Assembly: GCA_964634215.1 (NCBI GenBank)
Contig: CAZWKR010000006.1
Location: 15,607 to 79,606, forward strand
Direction: 5' to 3'
Origin: an uncultured bacterium
GTDB lineage: Bacteria > Fidelibacterota > Marinisomatia > Marinisomatales > JAHJCW01
DNA length: 64,000 bases
The notes below the pieces were generated by a model that was not told the DNA's origin, did not search any database, and saw only the letters and a list, made by a program, of their open reading frames with translations. The position numbers and the translations under genes were made by a program. Positions 15,132-25,782 of the stretch are shown here, one piece after another (position 1 is the first letter of the stretch; every line of letters starts with the position of its first letter).

Positions 15132-18100
15132 TTGAGCATGAGGCGGAAAACCACATTATATTTTATTGTGTTTATCGCATTGGCGATGAATCTGCGCGCG
15201 CAATCATTTGGGTATTTCTCTGACAGCAGTAGAAGTACATATTTTTCAACATCATATGTTGTGAACCCATTTAAATCATCCCCCGTTTACGGTTTGCCAG
15301 GAGATTCATTAATTAAATATCGAGGAATTTTAGAAAATACAGCTTTAAACCCTAAAATTTCAGTAAATATAGATGACAATTGGCAATTCATAACAATATC
15401 AGAAACAATTAATGGTTATACTCTTAAGATACCTTTTACTTCATCCTTTGATTGGTATTTTAATAATAAAATAAAACATGACAGTAAAAATTATTTTCAA
15501 GAACGATTAGCAGTATCAAAACAACTCGCTTCCGATAGAGCAGTACAAAGAAATAAATCATTTGAAGTTGTTGGCGTTAACCTTGGTGATCTAGGTCGCG
15601 CTTCACTTCGTATAAATGGTAATGTAACGGTTGCGGGTAAGATGATTTATCAGGATCAAGAATTGATCACATCCAGTTTTAATGAAAGCCAAAAAGCACG
15701 TTTCGATATTGATCAAAAACAACATCTAAATATTGAAGGTACCATCGGGGATAGAGTCAGTGTTTCAATGGATCAGGATTCAGAAAGAGATTTTGATTGG
15801 GAAAATAATATCCGTATAACTTATACCGGAAAGGAAGATGAGATTATTCAAAAAGTAGAGGCAGGGAATACATCATTATCTTTACCCGCGACTCAGTTTG
15901 TAACTTTCACCGGAAATAGCCAAGGTTTGTTTGGTGTGAAAGCAATTAGCAAATTTGGACCTATCGACGTAACGTCAATTGCTGCAGTTGAGCAAACAAA
16001 AAAAGCAAAACAGAATTACAAAGGCGCTGGACAATCACAAACCCAAATAATAAAGGATTATGAGTATGTAAAAAACCAATATTTCTTTATTCATGAATGG
16101 TTTCGAAATGGTATTTCTACATCTGTAAATGGAAATACAATTACATTGCCTTCTTACTACCCACTAGATGATGAAGGACGTCATTCGAGAGGTGAGTTTC
16201 AAGTTGCAGATTTTGAATTATATAAACTTGATTTATCTAATAATCCTGCTGCCGATGTCGGTACAGCATATATAGATCCTGATAATAAGAATGAAAACGC
16301 TACTTACAACAAGGAAGGTACTTTTTTACGTATGGAACGAGATATTGATTATTTCCTGAGTGTAGATTTAGGATATATTCGATTAAGAAGCCGTAGTCAA
16401 GAACAGATTTTAGCATGCAGTTATTTATTAGTGAATAGTACTACAGGAGATACTGTTTTAACAGTCGGACACGGTCTAATAGAGAGTGATTCCACACTTG
16501 TTTTGAAAATGCTAAAACCACAGTCCTCTCATCCCAATCATCCAACTTGGGATCTAATGTTTAAGAATGTATATAATTTGGGTGCAACAAATATTGATTC
16601 TACCGGATTCGCAATAAGAATTGTTAACAACTATGATACGCCGGTAAGTGATCGTGATGAATTTGGTAAAACATACATTAATCGGTTTGATTTAGACAAT
16701 AAAAATGAGAACGGTGCAAAAATACCTGATGATAAAATTGATATTGATAATATTGTATTTTTGAATTTTGGAGAAATGCATTTACCTGCTTTGTTACCTT
16801 TTGTATCTGTAAATAATATCGCAGGTGGTAATACAAATGAAGATTTAACAGACCTACTTGGCGAGGGTAAAATGTATACATCTACTGTGCATACGGACTA
16901 TACCGGCGATAGCAGGTTTATTATTGAAGCTGATTATTCAAACCTTAGCTCAACAATTAATTTGGGATTTATGATAGTTGAAGGGAGTGAAGAAGTTTTG
17001 TTAAATGGTATTACTTTAACAAAAAATCAAGATTACACTATCGATTATTTTTCAGGTACAATCAATTTAATAAAATCCGATATTGATCCAATTGCAGATA
17101 TTGATATTAAGTATGAGAAAAATGAATTGGTCAGTTTTGATAAAAAAGTAATATTAGGTAGCCGAGCTCAAATGGATATCGGTGAAAATGCGTTTATTGG
17201 TGCAACAGCATTATATTATAATCAATCTGTAATTGATGAGAAAATAGAGGTCGGGTATGAACCTATGCGGAATTTTATATGGGATATTAACGGACGTTTT
17301 GGAAAGGATTTAGATCGTCTTACATACTATCTTGATCGGTTACCGCTTATAAAAACGGATGCCATATCGTCATTTTCATTAGAAGGAGAATTTGCACAAG
17401 TTTTTCCGAATCCAAATTCAGTATCAAATTCTGCCACCGGCGATGGAAATGGATTGGCTTATATCGATGATTTTGAAGGATCAAAAAGGAGTAATAGCCC
17501 AAGTGTAAGGCATGAACGTTGGGAACCATCTTCTGCTCCAATTGACGTTACTTCAGGTTTGCAATATCGACAGAAGAACAGAGCAAAAATGTATTGGTAC
17601 AGCCCATACGCTAAATATCCAACAAAGAGTATTTGGCCAAATCAGTCTACTTCTGTTCAGGCTAACGATCAAACAGTTGACATATTGATATTGAATTACG
17701 AGACTCTATTTCATCAGACAGGAATAGAGCGTGATTCGATATGGGCAGGTATCATATCACCATTTTATTCGGGAAGTTATGATCAAACTCAAAGCAAGTT
17801 TTTTGAAATTTGGATAAAAGGAAATGATGGAAATTTAACCGTTGATCTTGGCAAAATTAGTGAAGATTGGAATAACGATGGTGTTCTTAACACTGAAGAT
17901 AAAGCTGAAGCCGGATTTGTGCAAGGAAATGGCATTTTAGATGATGGGGAAGACTTAGGTTTAGATGGAGCAAGAGACGAATACGAAGATGGTTGGGGTG
18001 GTGTCTTAGATTCAACAGGTCTTACTTTCCAACAATATCTTGCAAGCGGTGAGACTATATTAATTAATCCTGATGCAGAAGATTTAGAAGATCCAAACGG

Positions 18101-21100
18101 TGATAATTGGTTTTACGATGATCAGCAAAATATTAGTAACTATAAAAAAGTCAATGGAACACAAGGAAATAGAAATGCGGCTGGTGGTAGATATCCCGAT
18201 ACAGAAGATTTGGACGGTTCAGGATTTCTTGATAAGACAAACAATTATTTTACCAAAACATTTCCATTAGATCAGTCCAAATATTTTGTAACTGAAACCG
18301 AAGAAAGTGATGGAACTCCAACGGGTTGGCAATTATTTCGCATCCCACTTACTCACTTTGAGAAAGTCAATAATGTTGATTGGAGTGAAATTCGCTATAT
18401 CCGTTTAGTATGGTCAGGTGTTGACGAGGCTTCTGAGTTGGGAATTGCCAAAATCGAATTAGTTGGAAATGATTGGCAAGAGTTAGGCATAGCAGAGCAA
18501 CAGTCCAATACTTTTACTAAATCTGATAGTGCATTTGCGATAACGGTTATCAATACTGAAGACAATCCTGAGTACACGCCCCCCCAGGGTGTAAAAGGTG
18601 AATATAATCCAATTTATCAAACACGATCTAAAGAACAATCATTGGTTTTAAAGTTTGAGGATTTACCTGTTAATAATAAAGGTGCCGCAAAAAAAACCTT
18701 ATTTTCTTTAACCGGAGAACGCGCACAAAGCTACCTTACGTATGATAAATTAAAAATGTATGTATATGGTGATGAAAGTCAATGGATTGGCTCACAAGAT
18801 ACAGATGTAGAATTATTCTTACAATTTGGTTTGGGTGATCAATATTATGAAATCACCCAACCTGTCTATAGTGGTTGGGATGAAGAACTTAATAGAAATG
18901 CGGTAAATATTGATTTGAATTGGTTGACAAAGTTAAAGTTGCAGGATTCTACTAGTGTTGAGAAAATAAATGACGCAGATATATTCAAAGATTCATCAGA
19001 TGTTAAGCAGTACTATTTTTCTGATGAGCAAGGAGTTTTAACTGGGGAAAAAGTTATAATTAAGGGTGAACCGGCTATATCTAGAATTCAACATTTTATT
19101 GTTGGGATTAGAAATAAAGCAAATGAACCGATTACCGGTCAGGTGTGGATAGATGAGTTAAGACTAAGTGGAGTTAAAAAAGAAAAGGGTGTGGCAATGC
19201 GTGTACAGTCTAATTTACAATTGGCTGATTTTGGCAATACATCAATAATTTTTAGCCGGAAGGATGCTGACTTTCATGTATTACAACAACGCTTAGGAAC
19301 CAATAAAACTAATCAGAGTATTCGTGTAAATACTAACTTACAAATGCAAAAATTCTTACCAGAATCTTGGGGTCTATCCATCCCTGTGAATATATCTTAT
19401 TCAAATTCAAGTAATAGTCCAAAATATTATCCGGGTTCCGATGCGCGAGTAAATACCTCCGCAGTACCTGATTCAATAATTGATAAATCTGAAGTTGTTA
19501 GTATTAGTACAACATTCATGAAAAAGCGAAAATCAAATAATAAATGGATTAAATACACGATAGATGATATCACAGGTAGTTTTTCTTCAAATAAAATATT
19601 AACGTCCAATGAAATAATGAGAGAAGTCAGGAATGAATCATATTCTGGAAAACTGACGTACAATCATGCATTTGCCAGAGATAATTTTTTCAAACCATTA
19701 AAATGGCTCAAAATCATACCCTTGTTTGGAGAAAAAATTAGTGAAACCAACTTTTTCTATACACCAAGCAGTCTGAATGCAGGAATTGATTTTTCGGAAA
19801 AATTAATTCAAAAAGATTCTAGAGCAGGTGGCAGGTCACCTGATGAATACAATTTAGGATTAAACCGAACATTAAATTTGGTATATAGACTAACCGACAA
19901 TTTAGAAGCAAAATATAGCAGAGGGGCAAAAAGTGACATGGACGAATTTCGTGCTGAAGTGATAAGAGCTTTACAAAACTGGGATCCCGGGATTGTCACC
20001 AATACTAATGAAAATTTAAGCACAACATTTAATCCTGTCATTGCAGAATGGTTAAAACCAAATTTTACATATTCTGCTGCATACCGATGGGATCAGCCTC
20101 TTAGTAGTACAATTGATGGTGCAAATATCGGAACGCAGTTGCGTTTCTCATCAAATCTATCCTTAAATGTTGTCTCGATACTCGAAACAGTATATAAACC
20201 AAAAAAGGAAACAAGACAACGTAGTGAACCAGAATCAAAAAGAAGACAACGACGAATTTCTGAAGATGAAGAAATCGGTGATCTTACGGAGGGAGCTGAG
20301 TTAGGTGGGCGCAACAGAATATTGGAAGATCAAAATGAACCTTCTACCCAAAAGGATAAACAGGCAAAAGAAAAGGTTACAATAGTGGAGGATGATGAAA
20401 AACACAAAATTAATGTGTTAGCAGGTTTTCATAAGATACTGAAAAAAATCAATCCAATTAATATGACATATTCTTCTAACTTAAATCGTACAGGAGTAGG
20501 GGTGCAAGGCGAAGTTCCAACCGGATACAAATTTGGGTGGTTGCCTGATCATGGTTTACAGCATTCTGAAAGTGTTGGGACAAATACCGGACAATGGAAT
20601 TTAATTCGCAATCTATCATTAAGATCGGGATTCTCGATTTCAACAAAAGCCAATATTAACTTAAACTATGTTCAAGAATTGGGGGTTAATCGTAGTGGCG
20701 GCACGGATTTGGAATTGCATTCACTCTCACGTAATTATTTTGCTTATGGTGAAAGATTAGATAAAGGTTTGCCATTTACAAATTGGACTATGCGTGTTAC
20801 AGGGTTGGAAAAGTTACCCTTAATAAATAAATTTGCCAAATCTGTTTCTCTTGAACATGCTTTTTCCGGCAAGGAGGTTCAATCCTGGAAAATTGAAGGT
20901 GAAGATAGTATTCCAACCACAGACTTTTTTGGAATTACAAAATTTGCAAATAGTTATTCAGATTATTTGGTGCAGTCACGTGTTAATTCAAGTTATTCAC
21001 CTTTAATAGGATTATCAATGTCATTTCCGAAAGGAATTTCATTAAATGTTAGGCATAATTTGAGCAATACTGCTGAAAAAAGCCCAACAGGTTTAACTTT

Positions 21101-21443
21101 AAAAAAGGAGCAATCAATAAGCGTGAGTTCAAATTATACTCATAAAGGAGGATTTACAATACCAATTCCATTTTTTGATAATTATAAAGTTCAAAATACA
21201 ATGAATTTTACTCTAAATGCTGATTATAGTCTTAACCAAACTTTTGCTACAAAAAATAGTCCTGATTTAGCTGTAATAGATAAAAATGAAAACAAAAAGA
21301 TTGGTTTAAGAATTTCATATTCGTTTTCATCACGTGTAACAGGTGCAGTAATTTTAGAATATCGTGAAAGTGATTCAAAACATATTGGTAAGAAAATCGA
21401 TCGTGATATTGGTTTTGATCTAAACCTCGCAATTAGCGGATAA
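15132..21443 (+). CDS. sprA: T9SS outer-membrane translocon SprA/Sov
   Basis: 2103-aa secreted protein (signal '...MNLRA|QS'). Size and beta-rich composition fit SprA. Calcium-binding Asp-rich (thrombospondin-type-3-like) stretch 'DWNNDGVLNTEDK...DDGEDLGLDGARDEYEDG'. T9SS neighbours lie downstream. The ATG at 15138 is an alternative start. Confidence 0.8.
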   Translation: MSMRRKTTLYFIVFIALAMNLRAQSFGYFSDSSRSTYFSTSYVVNPFKSSPVYGLPGDSLIKYRGILENTALNPKISVNIDDNWQFITISETINGYTLKIPFTSSFDWYFNNKIKHDSKNYFQERLAVSKQLASDRAVQRNKSFEVVGVNLGDLGRASLRINGNVTVAGKMIYQDQELITSSFNESQKARFDIDQKQHLNIEGTIGDRVSVSMDQDSERDFDWENNIRITYTGKEDEIIQKVEAGNTSLSLPATQFVTFTGNSQGLFGVKAISKFGPIDVTSIAAVEQTKKAKQNYKGAGQSQTQIIKDYEYVKNQYFFIHEWFRNGISTSVNGNTITLPSYYPLDDEGRHSRGEFQVADFELYKLDLSNNPAADVGTAYIDPDNKNENATYNKEGTFLRMERDIDYFLSVDLGYIRLRSRSQEQILACSYLLVNSTTGDTVLTVGHGLIESDSTLVLKMLKPQSSHPNHPTWDLMFKNVYNLGATNIDSTGFAIRIVNNYDTPVSDRDEFGKTYINRFDLDNKNENGAKIPDDKIDIDNIVFLNFGEMHLPALLPFVSVNNIAGGNTNEDLTDLLGEGKMYTSTVHTDYTGDSRFIIEADYSNLSSTINLGFMIVEGSEEVLLNGITLTKNQDYTIDYFSGTINLIKSDIDPIADIDIKYEKNELVSFDKKVILGSRAQMDIGENAFIGATALYYNQSVIDEKIEVGYEPMRNFIWDINGRFGKDLDRLTYYLDRLPLIKTDAISSFSLEGEFAQVFPNPNSVSNSATGDGNGLAYIDDFEGSKRSNSPSVRHERWEPSSAPIDVTSGLQYRQKNRAKMYWYSPYAKYPTKSIWPNQSTSVQANDQTVDILILNYETLFHQTGIERDSIWAGIISPFYSGSYDQTQSKFFEIWIKGNDGNLTVDLGKISEDWNNDGVLNTEDKAEAGFVQGNGILDDGEDLGLDGARDEYEDGWGGVLDSTGLTFQQYLASGETILINPDAEDLEDPNGDNWFYDDQQNISNYKKVNGTQGNRNAAGGRYPDTEDLDGSGFLDKTNNYFTKTFPLDQSKYFVTETEESDGTPTGWQLFRIPLTHFEKVNNVDWSEIRYIRLVWSGVDEASELGIAKIELVGNDWQELGIAEQQSNTFTKSDSAFAITVINTEDNPEYTPPQGVKGEYNPIYQTRSKEQSLVLKFEDLPVNNKGAAKKTLFSLTGERAQSYLTYDKLKMYVYGDESQWIGSQDTDVELFLQFGLGDQYYEITQPVYSGWDEELNRNAVNIDLNWLTKLKLQDSTSVEKINDADIFKDSSDVKQYYFSDEQGVLTGEKVIIKGEPAISRIQHFIVGIRNKANEPITGQVWIDELRLSGVKKEKGVAMRVQSNLQLADFGNTSIIFSRKDADFHVLQQRLGTNKTNQSIRVNTNLQMQKFLPESWGLSIPVNISYSNSSNSPKYYPGSDARVNTSAVPDSIIDKSEVVSISTTFMKKRKSNNKWIKYTIDDITGSFSSNKILTSNEIMREVRNESYSGKLTYNHAFARDNFFKPLKWLKIIPLFGEKISETNFFYTPSSLNAGIDFSEKLIQKDSRAGGRSPDEYNLGLNRTLNLVYRLTDNLEAKYSRGAKSDMDEFRAEVIRALQNWDPGIVTNTNENLSTTFNPVIAEWLKPNFTYSAAYRWDQPLSSTIDGANIGTQLRFSSNLSLNVVSILETVYKPKKETRQRSEPESKRRQRRISEDEEIGDLTEGAELGGRNRILEDQNEPSTQKDKQAKEKVTIVEDDEKHKINVLAGFHKILKKINPINMTYSSNLNRTGVGVQGEVPTGYKFGWLPDHGLQHSESVGTNTGQWNLIRNLSLRSGFSISTKANINLNYVQELGVNRSGGTDLELHSLSRNYFAYGERLDKGLPFTNWTMRVTGLEKLPLINKFAKSVSLEHAFSGKEVQSWKIEGEDSIPTTDFFGITKFANSYSDYLVQSRVNSSYSPLIGLSMSFPKGISLNVRHNLSNTAEKSPTGLTLKKEQSISVSSNYTHKGGFTIPIPFFDNYKVQNTMNFTLNADYSLNQTFATKNSPDLAVIDKNENKKIGLRISYSFSSRVTGAVILEYRESDSKHIGKKIDRDIGFDLNLAISG

Positions 21444-21458
21444 CAAACGTAATTAATT

Positions 21459-22370
21459 ATGAAAAAATCAATTTTTATTTTAACAACAATATTTCTAATT
21501 AGCTGTCAAACAGATGAGTTACAATTTGACGGGAATTCTTCATTTAATTGGCTTGAAAAGCAATGTGAATTTGGTCCACGGAATCCAGGCTCTGCGGGCT
21601 ATTTTGATTGTAAAGAATTTTTACTTCAAAATTTAGAGGAATTTTCAGATACGGTATTTACACAAAATTTTATATATACCGAATTACGGGAAAATAACAC
21701 TTATGATTTAAGTAATATAATTGCTGAATTTAGCGTCAATAGTGATAAACATATTTTAATAGGTGCCCATTGGGATACTCGCCCCTGGGCTGACCAAGAT
21801 TTAAACCCCTCCAATCGTTTTACACCAATATTGGGAGCCAATGATGGTGCAAGTGGAGTTGCTGTTTTAATGGAATTAGCAAAAATGTTCAAGTATAATC
21901 CGCCACCAATTAATATTACACTAGTTTTATTTGATGGCGAGGATATGGGTATTGAAGGGATTCCTGATAGTTATGCAAAAGGCTCTCAATATTTTGCAAA
22001 AAATTTACCTATACACAAGCCGGATTTTGGAATAATAATTGATCTGATCGGTGATCGAGTTTTAGAAATACCAATTGAACGACATTCCTATAGGGTGGCA
22101 CCGGATCTAGTAAATGAACTTTGGGATTTAGCAGAAAGGTTAAAACTACCGGCATTTCAAAATAGATTGGGATATGATATTTATGACGATCATATTCCTT
22201 TGTGGGAATTTGCGGGGATTCCGGCTATTGATTTGATTGATTTCAACTATCCGAATCAAAGAGCAAACTATTGGCATACATTAAATGATATTCCAATTAA
22301 TTGTTCATCGGAAAGTCTTGAACAGGTCGGAAAATTACTTTCAACTTATATTTATTCACTGACTCCTTAA
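21459..22370 (+). CDS. M28-family zinc lipoprotein, glutaminyl-cyclase-like
   Basis: Lipobox 'IFLISC'. 'LIGAHWDTRPWADQD', 'GANDGASGVAVLMELAK', 'LVLFDGEDMG', 'YWHTLND' metal-ligand contexts of the M28/QC fold. Confidence 0.7.
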   Translation: MKKSIFILTTIFLISCQTDELQFDGNSSFNWLEKQCEFGPRNPGSAGYFDCKEFLLQNLEEFSDTVFTQNFIYTELRENNTYDLSNIIAEFSVNSDKHILIGAHWDTRPWADQDLNPSNRFTPILGANDGASGVAVLMELAKMFKYNPPPINITLVLFDGEDMGIEGIPDSYAKGSQYFAKNLPIHKPDFGIIIDLIGDRVLEIPIERHSYRVAPDLVNELWDLAERLKLPAFQNRLGYDIYDDHIPLWEFAGIPAIDLIDFNYPNQRANYWHTLNDIPINCSSESLEQVGKLLSTYIYSLTP

Positions 22371-22372
22371 AA

Positions 22373-24010
22373 TTGAACAAATATCTCCATATTATTTTTA
22401 TTATTGTTGTTACACAAATTATTTTCGGACAATTGAAACCTCTACAGCATTTCAATATTTCGAATGTCACTGCTTCTTATTTGAGTGAAGAACACGGCTT
22501 ACGGAGTAACATAATAAATTGTATAGCGCTTCAAGGCGATCGAACAACTTGGATTGGAACAGGGCAAGGAATTTCAGTGATGCACGACTCCTTATCCGTT
22601 TTTACGCTTGATACAATTTATGTAGCAGATGATGATCCTCGTTTTTTATTTGATTCGATTGCATCAATGGCAGTACAAAATGATATTTTGGCTTTAGCTG
22701 CATCATCAATAGAGAATGGAATTCCCATTGGTACCGGCATTTATATAACTGAAGATGGATTATCCGAACAAATCGAATGGAAAAGATATAAACAACCGGT
22801 AGATGCAATTGATGATTCATTAGCAGAAATGGGAACGAGATATTTTAATGCAAGGCCTGTTACCAAAGCACTTACTAATATTACATATGAAATGGATATT
22901 AGTGGAAATTATCTGTGGAGTGTCAGTTGGGCAGGTGGATTGCGACGTTTGGATTTAACTGAAATGGGAAATTGGGAGCGGGTACCACTGCCATTGGATA
23001 GCTTAATAGAATTGAATACTTGCGATGAAAACCAGTATGAATTAATTGATAGTAAATTGATTTTAAACAATTACTATTTGGATTCCAGTGATCCAGTACA
23101 GGGGGGTAATCACAACCATAAAGGGTTTTCAGTTTTAGCCTATGGCGACACTGTTTGGGTAGGAACGGCTAATGGTATAAATCGTGGTATTTTAGGTGAA
23201 AATGACTGTGTTGATTGGCATCATTTTTCACATCCAACAGATAGTATTTCAGGTAACTGGGTATTAAGTATTGCTAAACAAGAATATAATAGTGAACGCA
23301 TTATTTGGGCGGTAACTGTAAATGCTGTATTGCCGTCAGAACAAAGGTCTGTGAGCTTTTCGCAAGACGATGGAGAAACATGGGAAATTGTGGAAGAATT
23401 AATTGGTGAACGATGTCATGATATTTCCGTTCAGGGCTCAACAGTATTAATCGCTTCGGATAGCGGATTATGGAAAACTGATGATGGAAACAATTGGGAA
23501 TTAATTCCTCCGGCTGTTGAAGCTACACCGATTTCATCCAATGAGATATTAAATAATACAGTTTATTCGGTTGCAGCAGATAATCGTGAATATTTTGGAA
23601 AATCATTAATCTGGATTGGTACACCGGATGGCTTAGCTCGTTCCTACAATTCTTTGGGAGATAATTGGCAAATTTATCGTGCAGAATATGATAAGGAAGA
23701 AGTATATGCCTATCCAAATCCGTTTTCACCTTATTCACATAATCAACTTAATAGTGATGGATGGGTGCGGTTTAACACGGGAGCCTACTCTGTACAGCAA
23801 GTTAATATGAATATTTATAATTTTGCATTGGAAGAAGTTTATTCAGAAAAATTCGATTGGCAACAGAATCCCGGTGCAGTCAAATGGAATGGGCGTGACA
23901 ATAGAGGTGTGTTAGTGTCTAATGGTGTATACTTTGTGAATTTGCAGTTTTCCGAAAATGATAATTCTATAACAGAAAATCATTGGATAAAATTAGTGGT
24001 TGTAAAATAA
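22373..24010 (+). CDS. Secreted beta-propeller-like protein with T9SS C-terminal sorting domain
   Basis: TTG start and signal '...QIIFG|QL'. Repeated 'W(I/V)GT..G(I/L)' propeller-blade motifs ('TWIGTGQGISV','VWVGTANGINRG','IWIGTPDGLARS'). C-terminus 'YAYPNPFSP...GVYFVNLQF...KLVVVK'. Confidence 0.6.
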   Translation: MNKYLHIIFIIVVTQIIFGQLKPLQHFNISNVTASYLSEEHGLRSNIINCIALQGDRTTWIGTGQGISVMHDSLSVFTLDTIYVADDDPRFLFDSIASMAVQNDILALAASSIENGIPIGTGIYITEDGLSEQIEWKRYKQPVDAIDDSLAEMGTRYFNARPVTKALTNITYEMDISGNYLWSVSWAGGLRRLDLTEMGNWERVPLPLDSLIELNTCDENQYELIDSKLILNNYYLDSSDPVQGGNHNHKGFSVLAYGDTVWVGTANGINRGILGENDCVDWHHFSHPTDSISGNWVLSIAKQEYNSERIIWAVTVNAVLPSEQRSVSFSQDDGETWEIVEELIGERCHDISVQGSTVLIASDSGLWKTDDGNNWELIPPAVEATPISSNEILNNTVYSVAADNREYFGKSLIWIGTPDGLARSYNSLGDNWQIYRAEYDKEEVYAYPNPFSPYSHNQLNSDGWVRFNTGAYSVQQVNMNIYNFALEEVYSEKFDWQQNPGAVKWNGRDNRGVLVSNGVYFVNLQFSENDNSITENHWIKLVVVK

Positions 24011-24939
24011 TGTATAAAAAAATCACTACATTATTTATGATTTTAACAACATTTATTATTGGACAAGATTACTCAGGTTATGCAGGAAATTATTTTCATA
24101 ATGGAGCTGATGCACGCTCAATTGCCATGGGTAATGCCTTAACGGCAGGAACCGATTTATCTTATCCTGCCTACTTTAATCCTGCAGGAGTTGCCTCTGC
24201 ATCAAACAGGAAATTATTATTTACTCACCAATTTTTATCACTCGATCGCCATCAATCAGCGATAGGTTTTACTACGCCATTACCGCCAATCGGCGGAATA
24301 AGCGTAGGTTGGATTGGTGCAGGGGTCAGTGGTATCGACGGTCGTAATTTAGCGGGTGTACATACCGATGATCTTGTTGCAACTGAAAATGCTTTCCTAA
24401 TATCATTTGGGATAGCTCCAATTCGACATCTTCAAATTGGTGGTACATTAAAAATATTACAAAACCAACTCCCAAATATTGAGGGAAATATTGTTGGGAA
24501 TGGAGTTGGTTTTGATTTTGGAGTACTCTACAATTTTAATACAAATATTAATTTTGCGTTTGTTATAAAAGATATTAACTCAGCTTATCAATGGTCAAAT
24601 AAATTAACCGATGATTTAGGAAGAGTATATAAGGATAAATTTCCTATACAATTTAGATCAGGCGTACAATATAAATTCAAGTCCCTAATCATTGTTGGAG
24701 ATGTTGGATCATATATAGCCGACAACGAACTGCTAGGTTTTGATTACAGAATTGGGACAGAATATTCATATTTTAATAATTATTTTTTCCGTGCTGGATA
24801 CCGTAACAATCGTTCAACTTTTGGAGTTGGATTAAAGTATCATCAATTTGATAAATTCATATCATTGATTGACTATGCACTTGTGATAGAGCCTGTTACT
24901 ACATTAACTCATGTAATATCGTATGCGATTAATTTTTAG
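24010..24939 (+). CDS. PorV/PorQ-family outer-membrane beta-barrel protein
   Basis: ATG overlaps the upstream stop (TAATG). Signal '...TFIIG|QD'. 'GADARSIAMGNALTAGTDLSYPAYFNPAGVA' matches the PorV/PorQ N-terminal signature. C-terminal aromatic 'AINF'. The track ORF starts 27 nt earlier. Confidence 0.6.
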   Translation: MYKKITTLFMILTTFIIGQDYSGYAGNYFHNGADARSIAMGNALTAGTDLSYPAYFNPAGVASASNRKLLFTHQFLSLDRHQSAIGFTTPLPPIGGISVGWIGAGVSGIDGRNLAGVHTDDLVATENAFLISFGIAPIRHLQIGGTLKILQNQLPNIEGNIVGNGVGFDFGVLYNFNTNINFAFVIKDINSAYQWSNKLTDDLGRVYKDKFPIQFRSGVQYKFKSLIIVGDVGSYIADNELLGFDYRIGTEYSYFNNYFFRAGYRNNRSTFGVGLKYHQFDKFISLIDYALVIEPVTTLTHVISYAINF

Positions 24940-25762
24940 AATAACAATAATAATATTATTCCAAAATCTATTGTTTGGAATTGGGACACAGTTTTTGTCA
25001 ATTCCGCAAAATGCGATGGAATTAATAATTGGAATAAATCCTGTATTAAATAATGCGTCCAATAAACCTACTTTATCAGCATCTTATGGAAATTGGTTAG
25101 CAGGGATTAATGTATCTTCATTTGGATATAGTCGCGAGATTGCCGGAGGAACGGTAGGGTTTAATGCTCGTTATGTTGCATTAAATGATATAGAACTAAG
25201 AACTGATCGTCCAACCGATGATCCTTTGTCAGTTTTTGGCACAACTGCGATTGCACTTGACGGTTGCTATGACAGACAAATTGGAATTGGATTGCTTAGC
25301 GCAAAACTCCGCTATATTTCAATGCAATTGTTTGACGAAACTTCAACGGGTCTTGCTGTGAATATCGGTCTGCAACATAATGTTAATGAAAATTTTAATG
25401 TTGGTTTTTCAGTTTTGAATCTTGGCAGGATGTCAGAATTAAATAAAGAGATTCCCAAATTGCCCGTCCGTATTATTGGGGGCTCAAGTTATAGTTTTAA
25501 TTTTACCGAGACGCAAAATTTGATATTCATTGCTCTTGAGAAATCATCTATTGTAGAAGGAATAATATTTCGAGTTGGTGAAGTAACTAATTGGAATAAA
25601 CTACAATTTTTAATCGGAACTCAAGTGTCGGAAGAAGTTGTGTCAATATCCGGAGGCATTGGAATAAAGTTAGGTACATACGATATTAAATATGGTGTAC
25701 AATTTGGATCACAAGCACTGGGAATTCCACAAATGCTGGATCTGTCAGTAGTTTTACCATAA
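24923..25762 (+). CDS. Second, more divergent PorV/PorQ-like outer-membrane barrel
   Basis: 17-nt overlap with the previous gene. Hydrophobic leader and alternating beta-strand pattern. 'GINVSSFGYSREIAGGTVGFNARYV'. Only weak similarity to its neighbour. Confidence 0.4.
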   Translation: MRLIFRITIIILFQNLLFGIGTQFLSIPQNAMELIIGINPVLNNASNKPTLSASYGNWLAGINVSSFGYSREIAGGTVGFNARYVALNDIELRTDRPTDDPLSVFGTTAIALDGCYDRQIGIGLLSAKLRYISMQLFDETSTGLAVNIGLQHNVNENFNVGFSVLNLGRMSELNKEIPKLPVRIIGGSSYSFNFTETQNLIFIALEKSSIVEGIIFRVGEVTNWNKLQFLIGTQVSEEVVSISGGIGIKLGTYDIKYGVQFGSQALGIPQMLDLSVVLP

Positions 25763-25782
25763 TACAAAAGGAAACCAGATCA

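Noticed and set aside
23983-24009. Upstream ATG start for the PorV-like gene, overlapping the preceding gene by 28 nt
   Set aside because: The in-frame ATG at 24010 (TAATG stop/start overlap) produces a normal signal peptide (MYKKITTLFMILTTFIIG|Q). The longer form adds a non-signal-like prefix.
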